IMG/VR virus record: IMGVR_UViG_3300028886_000082
Coordinates: 10,243 to 74,242 of that record
DNA from: a virus
Taxonomy: Duplodnaviria; Caudoviricetes
Reading direction: 5' to 3' (one strand)
Length of the DNA: 64,000 bases
The first letter of the stretch is position 1; every line of letters begins with the position of its first letter. This document shows, one piece after another, positions 1 through 9,367 of the stretch. The notes below the pieces were generated by a model that had not been told where the DNA came from, ran no database searches, and saw nothing but the letters and a program-made list of their open reading frames with translations. The position numbers and the translations under genes are program-made.

Positions 1-1
1 C

Positions 2-1726
2 CTCAAACGCTCCATTAAGGAGGTATGGGTTAAGAAACGTGGGTCTGAGGAATCGGTATTCAAGAACAATACCTGCGAATACTATGTCAATGGTGAGTCA
101 TACACCAAGGCCGACTACGAGAAATATATCTCCAACCTTGTTGACGAACGTGTGTTCCGTGCCATCACCAACCCGAACTACTTCCCGTCTCTCAAATGGC
201 AAGACCAACGTGAATTTCTCACACGGATGGTTGGCAGCATAGAGCCTGAGTGCATCGCCAATACAGACGAACTTGTTGCCCTGGTTCACGCTCTCGACAA
301 TTCAAACGACGATATTGTTTCTTATCTGAAACACCTCAAATATCAAATCAAGCAGATTAAGGACAAGCTTGATAAGATACCTGTCCGTCTCGAAGAGCAG
401 TTTAAAGCCTTGCCAGAACGTCTTGATTGGGATAATATAAAGGAGAAGGTCGATGAAGCAAAGTATGAAATAGGTGAACTCGACAAAAAAGTTGGAGGGT
501 TGCTGAACGGTAATGGTGCCGACATCAAGCGTACAGAACTCCGGGTTGCCATTGAGAAACTGCGTAAGCAGATGAACGACATCGAGGATAAAGCTCGTGA
601 CGCTATCCGCAAGGAAACAAGCGAACATAATCAGCGTGTTTCCGACTTACTTATTAAGTTCAATAACGAACTGAATAATCAGAAACTCATGGAGCAGACC
701 ATCGAGGCCGACAAACGGATGATCGAACGCTGCGAGCAATCCATCAAGGATTTTGATGACGAACTGGAGCGTCTGCGTATTGCATGGCCTACTCGCAAGT
801 TCGAGGTTAAAGAGGGTGATAACATCTGCCCAAGATGTGGCCAATACCTCTCTCCCGACACGTTTGCAAGCAGGGTCGCTGTAATGAGAATGAGGTTCAA
901 TGAGGCACTTGAAGCAGAGAAGCAGTCACTCCGTGACAAGGCGGCAAAGGTAAAGAAGGATAAGGAAGATGCCGAGAAAGAGCTTGAAACCACTAAGCAG
1001 AAACTTGCTACAGATACATCTTCTCTTGGAGTAATCAAGGAGAATATCAACACCATCTTCTCCGAGAAAGCCAAAGAGGAAAAGAAGCCACTACCAACAT
1101 TGGATGATTTCTTGCCTTGCAATGAAGAGTATCAGGAAGCACTTCGTGAAAAGACCAACCTCGAATGTGAACTTAATTCTGTCACAGACTCTGATGATAA
1201 CAAGGAAATGCTTGCCGACCTAAGAGAGAAGCGTGAGAAACTGGTACAACTCGCTTCTGATTGGCAGACACAACTCGCCACACGTCAGCAATACGACAAG
1301 ATTACTTCGCTTATCAAAGGTATCAACGAAGAGCAGAAAGACCTTGTTAAGCAACTCTCAGAACTGGAGAAGCAGGAGGATGTCGCCCGTCAGTATCAGT
1401 TCCGTCAGAACCAGTTGTTAGAAGAGCGTATCAACAAGCATTTCTCTCTCGTTCAGTGGCGACTCTTCCGCACGGTCAACAATGGCGGTGACTCCTTTGA
1501 GGAACCATTCTGCGAGTGCTACGTCAACGGCATTCCATATCACGCAGGTCTCAACCAGGCAGCACGACTTAATGCGGGATTAGATATAATCAATGCATTA
1601 TGCAAGTTCTACAATGTTGCAGCACCGATATGCCTTGACAACTCAGAAAGTTGTATTAATATCATGCAGACAGCCGGACAACAAGTGCGCCTGCAAGTGA
1701 CAGATACAGATTTACAATTAGTATGA
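2..1726 (+). CDS. SMC/Rad50-like AAA ATPase (phage recombination module), 5'-truncated by the window edge
   Basis: Frame is open from nt 2 (LKRSIKEVWVKKRG...YYVNG). Long coiled coil, central CPRCGQ hook, C-terminal signature and Walker B-like region (LNQAARLNAGLDIINAL...PICLDNSE). Lies upstream of recT. Confidence 0.8.
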   Translation, partial: LKRSIKEVWVKKRGSEESVFKNNTCEYYVNGESYTKADYEKYISNLVDERVFRAITNPNYFPSLKWQDQREFLTRMVGSIEPECIANTDELVALVHALDNSNDDIVSYLKHLKYQIKQIKDKLDKIPVRLEEQFKALPERLDWDNIKEKVDEAKYEIGELDKKVGGLLNGNGADIKRTELRVAIEKLRKQMNDIEDKARDAIRKETSEHNQRVSDLLIKFNNELNNQKLMEQTIEADKRMIERCEQSIKDFDDELERLRIAWPTRKFEVKEGDNICPRCGQYLSPDTFASRVAVMRMRFNEALEAEKQSLRDKAAKVKKDKEDAEKELETTKQKLATDTSSLGVIKENINTIFSEKAKEEKKPLPTLDDFLPCNEEYQEALREKTNLECELNSVTDSDDNKEMLADLREKREKLVQLASDWQTQLATRQQYDKITSLIKGINEEQKDLVKQLSELEKQEDVARQYQFRQNQLLEERINKHFSLVQWRLFRTVNNGGDSFEEPFCECYVNGIPYHAGLNQAARLNAGLDIINALCKFYNVAAPICLDNSESCINIMQTAGQQVRLQVTDTDLQLV

Positions 1727-1863
1727 TTGAAGTTACACCAGACAAGAAATCATCCTCTCTGATTATCACACGTACTGACGGTGAAGGTTTTCATCGTCAG
1801 TTACAGATAACAAAGGACGAAGCTTACGAACTATATTCAATATTACACAAGAAATTATTTTAA
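1723..1863 (+). CDS. small hypothetical protein (46 aa)
   Basis: ATG overlaps the upstream stop (ATGA); MIEVTPDKKSSSLIITRTDGEGF... fills the gap before recT. Confidence 0.6.
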   Translation: MIEVTPDKKSSSLIITRTDGEGFHRQLQITKDEAYELYSILHKKLF

Positions 1864-1865
1864 TT

Positions 1866-2837
1866 ATGGCAGAAAATCAATTAGCAACGACTGGCGCAGG
1901 GGCTTTAACCCCTGCCCAGAAAAACATCACCGCTTTCAAAAAAATGGTCGATGGCAACTACGTGCAGACGCAGTTAAAGCAAGTCCTTAAAGAGAACGCA
2001 GGCACTTTTGCCACTTCTCTGATGGAAGTCTATACCAACGACAAGCAGCTACAGACTTGCGAGCCTAAGTTGGTAGTGCAGGAGGCAATCAAGGCCGCAT
2101 CCCTCAAACTCCCACTCAACAAGCAGTTAGGTTACGGCTACGTGGTAGTCTACAACAATTGGGATAAGACCACCCACACTAAGATTCCAACTCCTACGCT
2201 TGTTATCGGCTATAAGGGCTATATCCAGTTGGCTATGCGTACCGGCCAGTACCGCAATATCAATGCCGATGTGGTGTACGAAGGAGAACTCCGTCAGACC
2301 GACAAACTTACAGGTGCTATCGACCTTAACGGCACTAAGACCTCAGAGAAGATTATCGGCTACTTCGCTCACTTCGAACTGATCAATGGCTTCGCCAAGA
2401 CACTCTACATGACAGTCGAGGAAATGGCCAACTACGCTTTGAAGTTTGCGCCTACCTTCCGACCCACCAAGGATAAGCCAGCCCCCAAGGTCGACGAACT
2501 CATTGATACAGCCCAGGAGCAGGCACAGAACGGCCCCGTTCAAGGTCAGGTAGGATGGAAAGGCGATTTCAACGCTATGGCACAGAAGACAGTACTTCGC
2601 CGCTTGCTCAGTAAGTATGGCTTCCTCTCTATCGAAATGATGAACGCCCTCTCCGACGACGAACAGCCTCAGTTCAATGCCGAGGCCATCCGTGACGAAG
2701 AGAATCACGAAGCCCGTCCGGTTATCGATGCCTCTCAGATGGTAAACAATCAGCCTGCCGTTGACGCACAAGCCGAAGAGGTTAAGGATGAAGCGCCAGC
2801 AAGTCAACCAGAACAAGAGGACAAACCAGATTTCTAA
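1866..2837 (+). CDS. recT: RecT-family single-strand annealing protein
   Basis: ASLKLPLNKQLGYGYVV, IGYKGYIQLAMRTGQY, INADVVYEGE, MAQKTVLRRLLSKYG motifs; acidic tail. Confidence 0.92.
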   Translation: MAENQLATTGAGALTPAQKNITAFKKMVDGNYVQTQLKQVLKENAGTFATSLMEVYTNDKQLQTCEPKLVVQEAIKAASLKLPLNKQLGYGYVVVYNNWDKTTHTKIPTPTLVIGYKGYIQLAMRTGQYRNINADVVYEGELRQTDKLTGAIDLNGTKTSEKIIGYFAHFELINGFAKTLYMTVEEMANYALKFAPTFRPTKDKPAPKVDELIDTAQEQAQNGPVQGQVGWKGDFNAMAQKTVLRRLLSKYGFLSIEMMNALSDDEQPQFNAEAIRDEENHEARPVIDASQMVNNQPAVDAQAEEVKDEAPASQPEQEDKPDF

Positions 2838-2849
2838 TTCTCACGTGCG

Positions 2850-2912
2850 AGGGGTGGTGTGGCTTACGTGATGCCTACCGTCTGCAAACGGTTCATCAAC
2901 ATCACCCCTTTT
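2850..2912 (+). other. intergenic structured element (three-way junction followed by a short U-tract; possible attenuator/terminator)
   Basis: AGGGGTGGTGT (2850-2860) pairs with ACATCACCCCT (2899-2909); internal ACCGT/ACGGT hairpin. Confidence 0.5.
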
Positions 2913-2928
2913 ATAAACTATATAGCGT

Positions 2929-3666
2929 ATGAAACTAATAGTAGTAAACAGCAATAGTGCAGGCAACGCCTACGCTCTTGACTCCGGCAACGAGATATTA
3001 CTGATCGAAGCTGGCTGCAAGATGGCAGAAGTGAAACGGGCCGTCGACTACCGATTGGCCGATGTGGTAGGCTGCATAGCGAGCCATCGGCATGGTGATC
3101 ATTCTAAATATGCTGTTGAATATGCCAAGTTTGGCGTGAAGATGTATTGTAATAAAGATACTGCAGATAATAAATCATTCCCATACGACACATGCAAGGT
3201 TATAGAAGGTGGTAAAACTTATCGTGTCGGCAAGTATTCCGTTGTACCGTTCAATGTCGAGCATGATGTTCCGTGCTATGGATTTATCATAAGGCATCCC
3301 GAAATGGGGATTATGTTGTTTGCAACAGATACATTCAAAATACCTATAACGATAACTGGTATTAACCACTTCTTAATCGAAGCCAACTACGAGGATTCCA
3401 TGTTGAAAGAGAATGTCCGCAACGGCTCAATCTCCAAGGCTCAGTCAGACAGAATCATGCTCTCTCACATGAGTCTCAACTACTGCATTGAATATCTCCG
3501 TGACTGCGAGGCCGACAAGTCTGCAAAGACTATAACCCTCTGTCACCTCTCCGAACGCAACAGCAATCCAAAAGTTTTCCGCGATACAGTTGCCGGAGTA
3601 TTTGGTATTCCCACATACATAGCCCATAAAGGCACAATAGTCGAACTTAATAAAGATGGTATATAA
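2929..3666 (+). CDS. metallo-beta-lactamase-fold hydrolase (nuclease-like, recombination module)
   Basis: SHRHGDHS (HxHxDH), VEHD, FATDT, IEANY, HMS, LCHLSERN motifs. Confidence 0.9.
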   Translation: MKLIVVNSNSAGNAYALDSGNEILLIEAGCKMAEVKRAVDYRLADVVGCIASHRHGDHSKYAVEYAKFGVKMYCNKDTADNKSFPYDTCKVIEGGKTYRVGKYSVVPFNVEHDVPCYGFIIRHPEMGIMLFATDTFKIPITITGINHFLIEANYEDSMLKENVRNGSISKAQSDRIMLSHMSLNYCIEYLRDCEADKSAKTITLCHLSERNSNPKVFRDTVAGVFGIPTYIAHKGTIVELNKDGI

Positions 3667-4106
3667 TGGCACGATATAGTCCACAAGATCCCAGAGATTA
3701 TCTTGAAGCCCTCGACTTCATCAACCAGGCCAAAGAGCAAGGCTTTGAAATTGAGCTTGGAAAGTACAGACCCAAACGAAGTGGCAAACAGAATCGTTAC
3801 CTGCACGTTGCACTCGGTTACTTTGCTCACTGCTACGGATGCACGCTAACGGAAGCAAAGGAAATATATTTCAAGAGATATGCATGTCCTCACATCTTCC
3901 GCATCGACATCAACGACAAGGAAGGTAATCACTCTTTTTATTATCGCTCAACTACCGACCTCACAACCGTAGAAATGGCATCTGCCATCAAGAATTTCCA
4001 GTCGTGGGCAAGTGCAAGAGGAGTTGAGATACCAGACCCGCAAGACGAATTTGCAATTCGGTATTGTGAACGGCAGATTGAAAAAACGAAAATTTATGGA
4101 ACTTGA
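3666..4106 (+). CDS. NinB/Orf-like recombination accessory protein
   Basis: RSGKQNRYLH near the N-terminus and RSTTDLTTVEMASAI near the C-terminus resemble the NinB family; context fits. Confidence 0.6.
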   Translation: MARYSPQDPRDYLEALDFINQAKEQGFEIELGKYRPKRSGKQNRYLHVALGYFAHCYGCTLTEAKEIYFKRYACPHIFRIDINDKEGNHSFYYRSTTDLTTVEMASAIKNFQSWASARGVEIPDPQDEFAIRYCERQIEKTKIYGT

Positions 4107-4344
4107 AACATACAAAAAGGCTGAAAGACTTATAAAGGAGCGCGAACAATTAGAAAGCGCCTCGAAAAGTATACTTGAAGCTATTAGGACGCCTACGTTT
4201 AGGCGTATCATTTTTGAATGGGATAGTGATTATTGTTTATTCGTTTTTGCTTCAAACGAAGTCCAAATCAAGATTTTGGAAAGTATGAAGAATATAGTAG
4301 AAACAAGACTGGAAGAAATAAACAAAGAATTTAAAAAGTTATGA
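4096..4344 (+). CDS. hypothetical protein
   Basis: ATG at 4096 inside ORF 4012-4344; overlaps both neighbours. Confidence 0.6.
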   Translation: MELETYKKAERLIKEREQLESASKSILEAIRTPTFRRIIFEWDSDYCLFVFASNEVQIKILESMKNIVETRLEEINKEFKKL

Positions 4345-4745
4345 TCATAGCACAGATAATAGGAAACCTCGGACGAGACGCAGAGGTTAAGACCATCAAC
4401 GACAAGCAATATATGTCGTTCTCTGTAGCAAGTACGGAGAAAAGAAACAACGAAGAGTGTACAACATGGGTGTCAGTCCTATATCCATATCAGGAGGCTT
4501 TGCTTCCATACTTAAAGAAAGGTCAGCAGGTGTTTGTTTCTGGACGAATGTCAGCCAAACTATTTCAGAATCAGAACAGCTTTGGTATCGACATTTCGGT
4601 ATTCGCAAATACTCTGCAATTATGTGGAGCGAAACGGGAAGGCGAGCAACAACAGAACTTGCAGGCTACACCGACTCCGCAGCCAGTACAGACACCCTTC
4701 CCGCCTGAACAGCCAGAAGATGTTGACTCCCAACTTCCCTTCTAA
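4341..4745 (+). CDS. ssb: single-stranded DNA-binding protein
   Basis: IIGNLGRDAEV, FSVA, TTWV, LKKGQQVFVSGR OB-fold motifs; C-terminal DSQLPF tail. Confidence 0.93.
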   Translation: MIIAQIIGNLGRDAEVKTINDKQYMSFSVASTEKRNNEECTTWVSVLYPYQEALLPYLKKGQQVFVSGRMSAKLFQNQNSFGIDISVFANTLQLCGAKREGEQQQNLQATPTPQPVQTPFPPEQPEDVDSQLPF

Positions 4746-4748
4746 CCT

Positions 4749-4949
4749 ATGGCATACAAGAAGAAACCAAGAATACTGCATAGGTGTGGAGATTGTGCAA
4801 ACGTGACTCCAGTCCTCGACAAGCATCACCTTCTTGATCTGCAAGGCAACCCGACGATGGGAACCTGCCCATACTGGACTGAAAGCCGTTGCACTCTCCT
4901 ATCTTGGGAAAGCAATTGCAGTCATTATATACCTAGATTAAGCCCGTGA
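4749..4949 (+). CDS. small Cys-rich (putative Zn-binding) protein
   Basis: CGDC...GTCPY...C...C spacing. Confidence 0.65.
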   Translation: MAYKKKPRILHRCGDCANVTPVLDKHHLLDLQGNPTMGTCPYWTESRCTLLSWESNCSHYIPRLSP

Positions 4950-5005
4950 GGGTCACTTTTTTATTCATAGATTAGTAGTTTATCAGCCCACAGCGGTGGG
5001 CACAT

Positions 5006-5118
5006 GGGTGGATAGCTCAGTTGGTAGAGCATGCTGGAGGTGGAGCTGAAACCACGTTAATCATTAGCTTTAATCCAATAATATAGCAAGGTCAGTGGTT
5101 CGAGTCCACTTCCACCAA
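5006..5118 (+). tRNA. tRNA-like RNA with a 47-nt loop in place of the anticodon loop (pseudo-tRNA, isotype undetermined)
   Basis: Acceptor GGTGGA/TCCACC, U8-A9, D arm GCTC-AGTTGGTA-GAGC, anticodon stem TGCTG/TAGCA, variable loop AGGTC, T arm AGTGG-TTCGAGT-CCACT. Confidence 0.7.
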
Positions 5119-5141
5119 CTAATTAGTAACAATTAAAACAA

Positions 5142-5390
5142 ATGTGTATGAAATATGATATTTGGGCAGAAGGATTCCTTGACCAAGGAATGGAAGGAAT
5201 ACCACAAAAAGCGTCTTATGTAGGCCAAGCAGATGGCAGTACTTTTGCGGAAGCCTGTGAGAACTGGTATAAAAAGAATGTGCCTGCTGATGAGTTTAGA
5301 AGATTCTTCCACATTGATTCTAATGGAAATCCACGATTTTGGGTTAGGTTATTTGACAATCCAGAAGATGCAAGAAAAAGTTTTGGATGA
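5142..5390 (+). CDS. hypothetical protein
   Basis: 82-aa ORF co-oriented in a compact operon. Confidence 0.7.
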   Translation: MCMKYDIWAEGFLDQGMEGIPQKASYVGQADGSTFAEACENWYKKNVPADEFRRFFHIDSNGNPRFWVRLFDNPEDARKSFG

Positions 5391-5405
5391 TAAAAAGTAA
5401 AGCGT

Positions 5406-5597
5406 ATGAAAAGTATAGAAGATTTTTCAGTAGAGTATGCACAGGATAAGTATCTTCCTGTACAGACCTCACAAGCAGTAAAGGCAGGTGCAAACTATGT
5501 GCTTGAGCAGATAGAGCAGCTGATTTACGAAAAGCATGTTGAAGGTAATCTTCCGCTGTTTGACTTGACACATCTTATTGATAAATTAAAGAAATAA
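5406..5597 (+). CDS. hypothetical protein
   Basis: 63-aa ORF, tight spacing. Confidence 0.65.
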   Translation: MKSIEDFSVEYAQDKYLPVQTSQAVKAGANYVLEQIEQLIYEKHVEGNLPLFDLTHLIDKLKK

Positions 5598-5599
5598 CT

Positions 5600-5857
5600 A
5601 TGGCAACAATTACAGAAGATAATGAGGTAATGTGTGAAATGAGACAAAATCTTGCACAAAAAATACAACATGATATTCTTGCTCTTTTGGAAAAATACAA
5701 AGAACCTTGCTTGGCTCTTAAAATGAGTATTGACATTGATGCAAGTGTTAATATTGTACATTATAGTGGAAATGGTAGAAGAAGTAAACCTCCTATGACC
5801 ATTGCAGAGACTAAAGCAAATTATAGTACACATGGTATAATAAATTGGAACGATTAG
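5600..5857 (+). CDS. hypothetical protein
   Basis: 85-aa ORF, tight spacing. Confidence 0.65.
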   Translation: MATITEDNEVMCEMRQNLAQKIQHDILALLEKYKEPCLALKMSIDIDASVNIVHYSGNGRRSKPPMTIAETKANYSTHGIINWND

Positions 5858-5859
5858 CT

Positions 5860-6213
5860 ATGGCAACAATTAGAGCATACACAACCATAGAGCAAAGCCG
5901 TAAGTTGTCTGAAATACTTCCGCTTGAAAGTGCGGATATGTATTATATATTAATGCCTGATGGTGTATACAATCATTTTCCGTTAACTGGAAGGAAAACC
6001 GAATTGGCTGAAAATACTGACATCCTTTGTTGGAGTCTTGCCGCATTGCTTGATGTGCTACCTTATCCTTCATTACATAAAACATTTGCAGGCTGGCGAT
6101 GTGATTCTTACGACAAAGAAGGAAAGACTTGCAAGTTAGGTGAAAATGCAGACAACCCTATTGATGCTTGCTACGAAATGACATTAAAGTTAAATGAATT
6201 AAATTTATTGTGA
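5860..6213 (+). CDS. hypothetical protein
   Basis: ATG at 5860, 2 nt after the previous stop; ATIRAYTTIEQSRKL...LCWSLAALLDVLP. Confidence 0.7.
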   Translation: MATIRAYTTIEQSRKLSEILPLESADMYYILMPDGVYNHFPLTGRKTELAENTDILCWSLAALLDVLPYPSLHKTFAGWRCDSYDKEGKTCKLGENADNPIDACYEMTLKLNELNLL

Positions 6214-6215
6214 TT

Positions 6216-6353
6216 ATGGAAGTAGTAAAGTATCTATGTGAGTTTTTCTTCGAGGACATCTGGCATTTTCTTGAACTTGCTTTCCTTTTATATATAATAT
6301 TTGGAGATAAACCATCAATTATAATTAGAGATAAAAATGTAAAAAATAAGTGA
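6216..6353 (+). CDS. small hypothetical membrane protein (45 aa)
   Basis: MEVVKYLCEFFFEDIWHFLELAFLLYIIFG...; fills the gap with the tgattATG start context seen in neighbours. Confidence 0.55.
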   Translation: MEVVKYLCEFFFEDIWHFLELAFLLYIIFGDKPSIIIRDKNVKNK

Positions 6354-6355
6354 TT

Positions 6356-8002
6356 ATGAAAGAACTATCGATAGAACAAAAAGCCCGTAGATATGACGAG
6401 GCTATTGAAAGAGCAAATAATCTTCATAAAGATGCAGTTGAAATGGAGAATAACATGACAACTAAAACTTGTGAAATTATATTCCCCGAACTCAAAGAGA
6501 GTGAGGATGAGAGGATAAGAAAAGCATTAATTAAGTATTTTACTCTAAGTGATGATAATGCAGACTATCAATATTGTGGTGTTCCTTGTAAAGATATAGT
6601 TGCTTGGTTGGAAAAGCAAGGCAAAGAAACAAGTTGGAAACCATCTAAAGAAGAGATGGATGTTTTATATGGTTTAGCGTATATTACAAACCAATATGAT
6701 GAACACAAAGAAGAAGTTATTACTCGTCTTTATCAAGACTTAAAACGAGAATTTTTTAACGGTTCAAGTTATGAGAATATGTTTCCTAATACAGAAGATG
6801 GTGTAAGACGTAGAAGTACAATACAAGTACTTGAATATGCAAGAAGTCTTGATGCCTATAATCAATATGGCAAGGCAGACATTGATAAAAATATTGCTTG
6901 GCTTGAAAAGCAAGGTAAGCAAAGGTCTGATGATATTGATAATAAATTTATTAGAATGCGTGAAACCAAACCAGCTAATATCGCAGAGTTCTTAGATAGA
7001 CTTACAACCGTTGAGCAAGAGTTCCTTTGGGAACATATTGCTAAAATCAGAGAATTGGATAAAGAAGAGCAGAAGCCTGCTGATATTAGAACTACAGGAT
7101 ATTGGAATGTTCAGGATATTGAAATTCCATTTGGAGCAAAGGACAGTGAGTTGCAAGAAGCATCCTATTATATACCAGAAGGATTTCATGCGGAGATTAA
7201 TGGTAATAGAGTTATCATTAAAAAGGGTGAGCAAAAGCCTACTGAAACAGTAAAATGGAGTCCACAAGAAGAGAGTTGTATCTGCCAGCTTGAATCACTT
7301 GTTAAAGAACAGTGGAGACAAGCAGAGAGAATGCATAATAGTGTAAATATAAAAAAGACGTCAGAACTTATGTTCTTCCTAAAAACTCTTAACCCCAACA
7401 AGAAACCTGCTGATAAAGTTGAACCAAAATTTAAGGTTGGCCAGATGATTAAGAAAGAAGGCTTTAATTTGGGATTTATTATTGTAAAGATTGAGGATGG
7501 TTTTTACTATAATGATATGGGTGACTATTTTCCTTTTACTGACCAAGATAACTGGGAACTTGTAGAGCAGAAGCCTGTTGAGTGGAGCGAAGAGGATGAA
7601 AGAATGTATAGAGGATTACATAATTTAATTTATTCTACTCCATATTGTGATTCAAGAAAAGAACTCTCTGATTGGTTCAAATCCCTCAAAGATAGAGTAC
7701 AACCGCAGCCAAAGCAAGAGTGGAATTACAATGATGAAATAATTATTGGAACTATTATTCAAGAAATCGAAAAAATTCCATCAGAAAAATTTATTGATAA
7801 TGCCAAATACAGATGTTTAGATTGGCTTAAATATAGAACAAAATCCCTCAAACCTCAGAACACTTGGAAGCCGAGTAAAAAGCAACTTGAAGCACTTGAG
7901 CATTCTTTAGGTGATTACAATATTAAGGTTTTTGAGGATAGGTATGAAATATTAAAATCACTCTATAAAAACTTAAAGAAACTAAGGGAGGGTAAGTTAT
8001 GA
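6356..8002 (+). CDS. modular/mosaic hypothetical protein with repeated short motifs
   Basis: Repeats AWLEKQGK x2, EQKP x3, W(K)PS x2, KSLK x2, with matching DNA microhomologies. Confidence 0.8.
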   Translation: MKELSIEQKARRYDEAIERANNLHKDAVEMENNMTTKTCEIIFPELKESEDERIRKALIKYFTLSDDNADYQYCGVPCKDIVAWLEKQGKETSWKPSKEEMDVLYGLAYITNQYDEHKEEVITRLYQDLKREFFNGSSYENMFPNTEDGVRRRSTIQVLEYARSLDAYNQYGKADIDKNIAWLEKQGKQRSDDIDNKFIRMRETKPANIAEFLDRLTTVEQEFLWEHIAKIRELDKEEQKPADIRTTGYWNVQDIEIPFGAKDSELQEASYYIPEGFHAEINGNRVIIKKGEQKPTETVKWSPQEESCICQLESLVKEQWRQAERMHNSVNIKKTSELMFFLKTLNPNKKPADKVEPKFKVGQMIKKEGFNLGFIIVKIEDGFYYNDMGDYFPFTDQDNWELVEQKPVEWSEEDERMYRGLHNLIYSTPYCDSRKELSDWFKSLKDRVQPQPKQEWNYNDEIIIGTIIQEIEKIPSEKFIDNAKYRCLDWLKYRTKSLKPQNTWKPSKKQLEALEHSLGDYNIKVFEDRYEILKSLYKNLKKLREGKL

Positions 8003-8250
8003 AAGCAAACGAAGCACCAGAGAAGATATATATTCAGCCAAATGCACATGATGGTTGGTTTGAAACTAACAACCTCACTGAATCACTTACTGAATATATC
8101 CGCACTGATGCCTTTATCGAGAAGGCAACGCAGTTTTTGTATGATTACAATCAAAAGCAAGTTCTAAAGCATGGAGCAAGGGCAACTCTTGGTTGCGGCG
8201 AATATACTATCAATGTTGATGAATTTAGAAAATATCTGAAAGGAGAATAA
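7999..8250 (+). CDS. hypothetical protein
   Basis: ATGA overlap with the upstream gene. Confidence 0.7.
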   Translation: MKANEAPEKIYIQPNAHDGWFETNNLTESLTEYIRTDAFIEKATQFLYDYNQKQVLKHGARATLGCGEYTINVDEFRKYLKGE

Positions 8251-8254
8251 AGTT

Positions 8255-8413
8255 ATGAAATGTCCAGAACCAAGCATTAAAGACCCCTGCTATTTCTGCT
8301 ACAACGGAGTGTGCTATGCCACACACTGGTGGGAGTGTGCCAAAGGGTTTAAAAAGCCCCATGAAGGAAAGAAAGGTAATAAGAATAATAGATATTGTAA
8401 GAAAGGAAAATAG
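8255..8413 (+). CDS. small Cys-rich hypothetical protein (52 aa)
   Basis: MKCPEPSIKDPCYFCYNGVCYATHWWEC...; fills the gap between neighbours. Confidence 0.55.
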   Translation: MKCPEPSIKDPCYFCYNGVCYATHWWECAKGFKKPHEGKKGNKNNRYCKKGK

Positions 8414-8414
8414 T

Positions 8415-8945
8415 ATGTCAGACAAAGAGAAACTAAAAGAGATTAAGAAACTTGCAGATGCAATGTACTATGCTGCACAGTATCTTACTACTGATGCTTC
8501 AAGGTTGCACAAGGCTATGGATGACTACCATCAATTCATTATTAATGAGTATCACAAAGAAGAGCCTGTAAGCGAGGATTTAGAAGACTTTGCAAAAAGG
8601 CAGGCAAATGTGTTTGCAGAACGTGAATATGAAGTTACTTATGATAAAGCTTACCTTTTCAAAGGTTACTATTGGGGTTGCAAGGCTGGTGCTGAGTGGC
8701 AGAAAAAACATCTTTGGAAGCCTGTCGATGGTGATGAACTACCAGAAATTGACAGAGAGGTTATTGCATTGCTTGACAATGGCAAGGTAGTGTTTGCACA
8801 TAGACCTCCAGAGTATTGGGATGGTAAGGATATTGTTACAGGTAAGGTTACAAGAAACTATCCTAAGACCTATGACAAAGGTGGATGGAATATCCCGAAT
8901 GTTAAGTATTGGTTAGATTGTTCGTTACCAAATATGGAGGATTGA
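8415..8945 (+). CDS. hypothetical protein
   Basis: ATG at 8415 in ORF 8316-8945; C-terminal LWKPVDGDELPEIDREVIAL...VKYWLD. Confidence 0.7.
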   Translation: MSDKEKLKEIKKLADAMYYAAQYLTTDASRLHKAMDDYHQFIINEYHKEEPVSEDLEDFAKRQANVFAEREYEVTYDKAYLFKGYYWGCKAGAEWQKKHLWKPVDGDELPEIDREVIALLDNGKVVFAHRPPEYWDGKDIVTGKVTRNYPKTYDKGGWNIPNVKYWLDCSLPNMED

Positions 8946-8947
8946 TT

Positions 8948-9097
8948 ATGAAATGGGAATATAAGAAAACGGGAGGATTAGATGAGGCTGCTATGAATGA
9001 ACTTGGAAAACTCGGATGGGAACTTGTTGCAGTTATCGGACAGAGTACAGGTTTAACAGCAACAATGTTTTTTAAAAGACAGATTAAGGAGGATTGA
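8948..9097 (+). CDS. DUF4177-like small protein
   Basis: MKWEYK...MNELGKLGWELVAV...FFKR pattern. Confidence 0.7.
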   Translation: MKWEYKKTGGLDEAAMNELGKLGWELVAVIGQSTGLTATMFFKRQIKED

Positions 9098-9100
9098 ACT

Positions 9101-9367
9101 ATGAGTAAGGCAGAAAAATTTATCAGCGATTGCACAAGGAATTGTAGCAATTATACGGGAGTGATTAACAAGAAAACTTACGAGGGTTATTACGTCCATT
9201 GGCTAACCCCTGACCAAGCAAGAAGGGCTGTGGAGATTGCAAGAGAAAAAGCTATTGAGAAAGTAAAAGAACTGCTGCTTTCAGAAGTTTTACCATGCTT
9301 CATGCACGGTGGAGAAGCTGATGAAGTGGTTGCAATGTTGGACTATAAAATAATGAAAGATGAGTAA
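9101..9367 (+). CDS. hypothetical protein
   Basis: 88-aa ORF in operon. Confidence 0.7.
   Translation: MSKAEKFISDCTRNCSNYTGVINKKTYEGYYVHWLTPDQARRAVEIAREKAIEKVKELLLSEVLPCFMHGGEADEVVAMLDYKIMKDE

Noticed and set aside
2850-2912. Hammerhead ribozyme on the minus strand (TGATGA followed by a hairpin)
   Set aside because: The required GAAA after stem II is absent (AGGC instead) and C3 is missing.
5006-5118. Functional or suppressor tRNA with a group I or canonical 37/38 intron
   Set aside because: The insert is far too short for a group I intron and no canonical 7-nt anticodon loop can be rebuilt.
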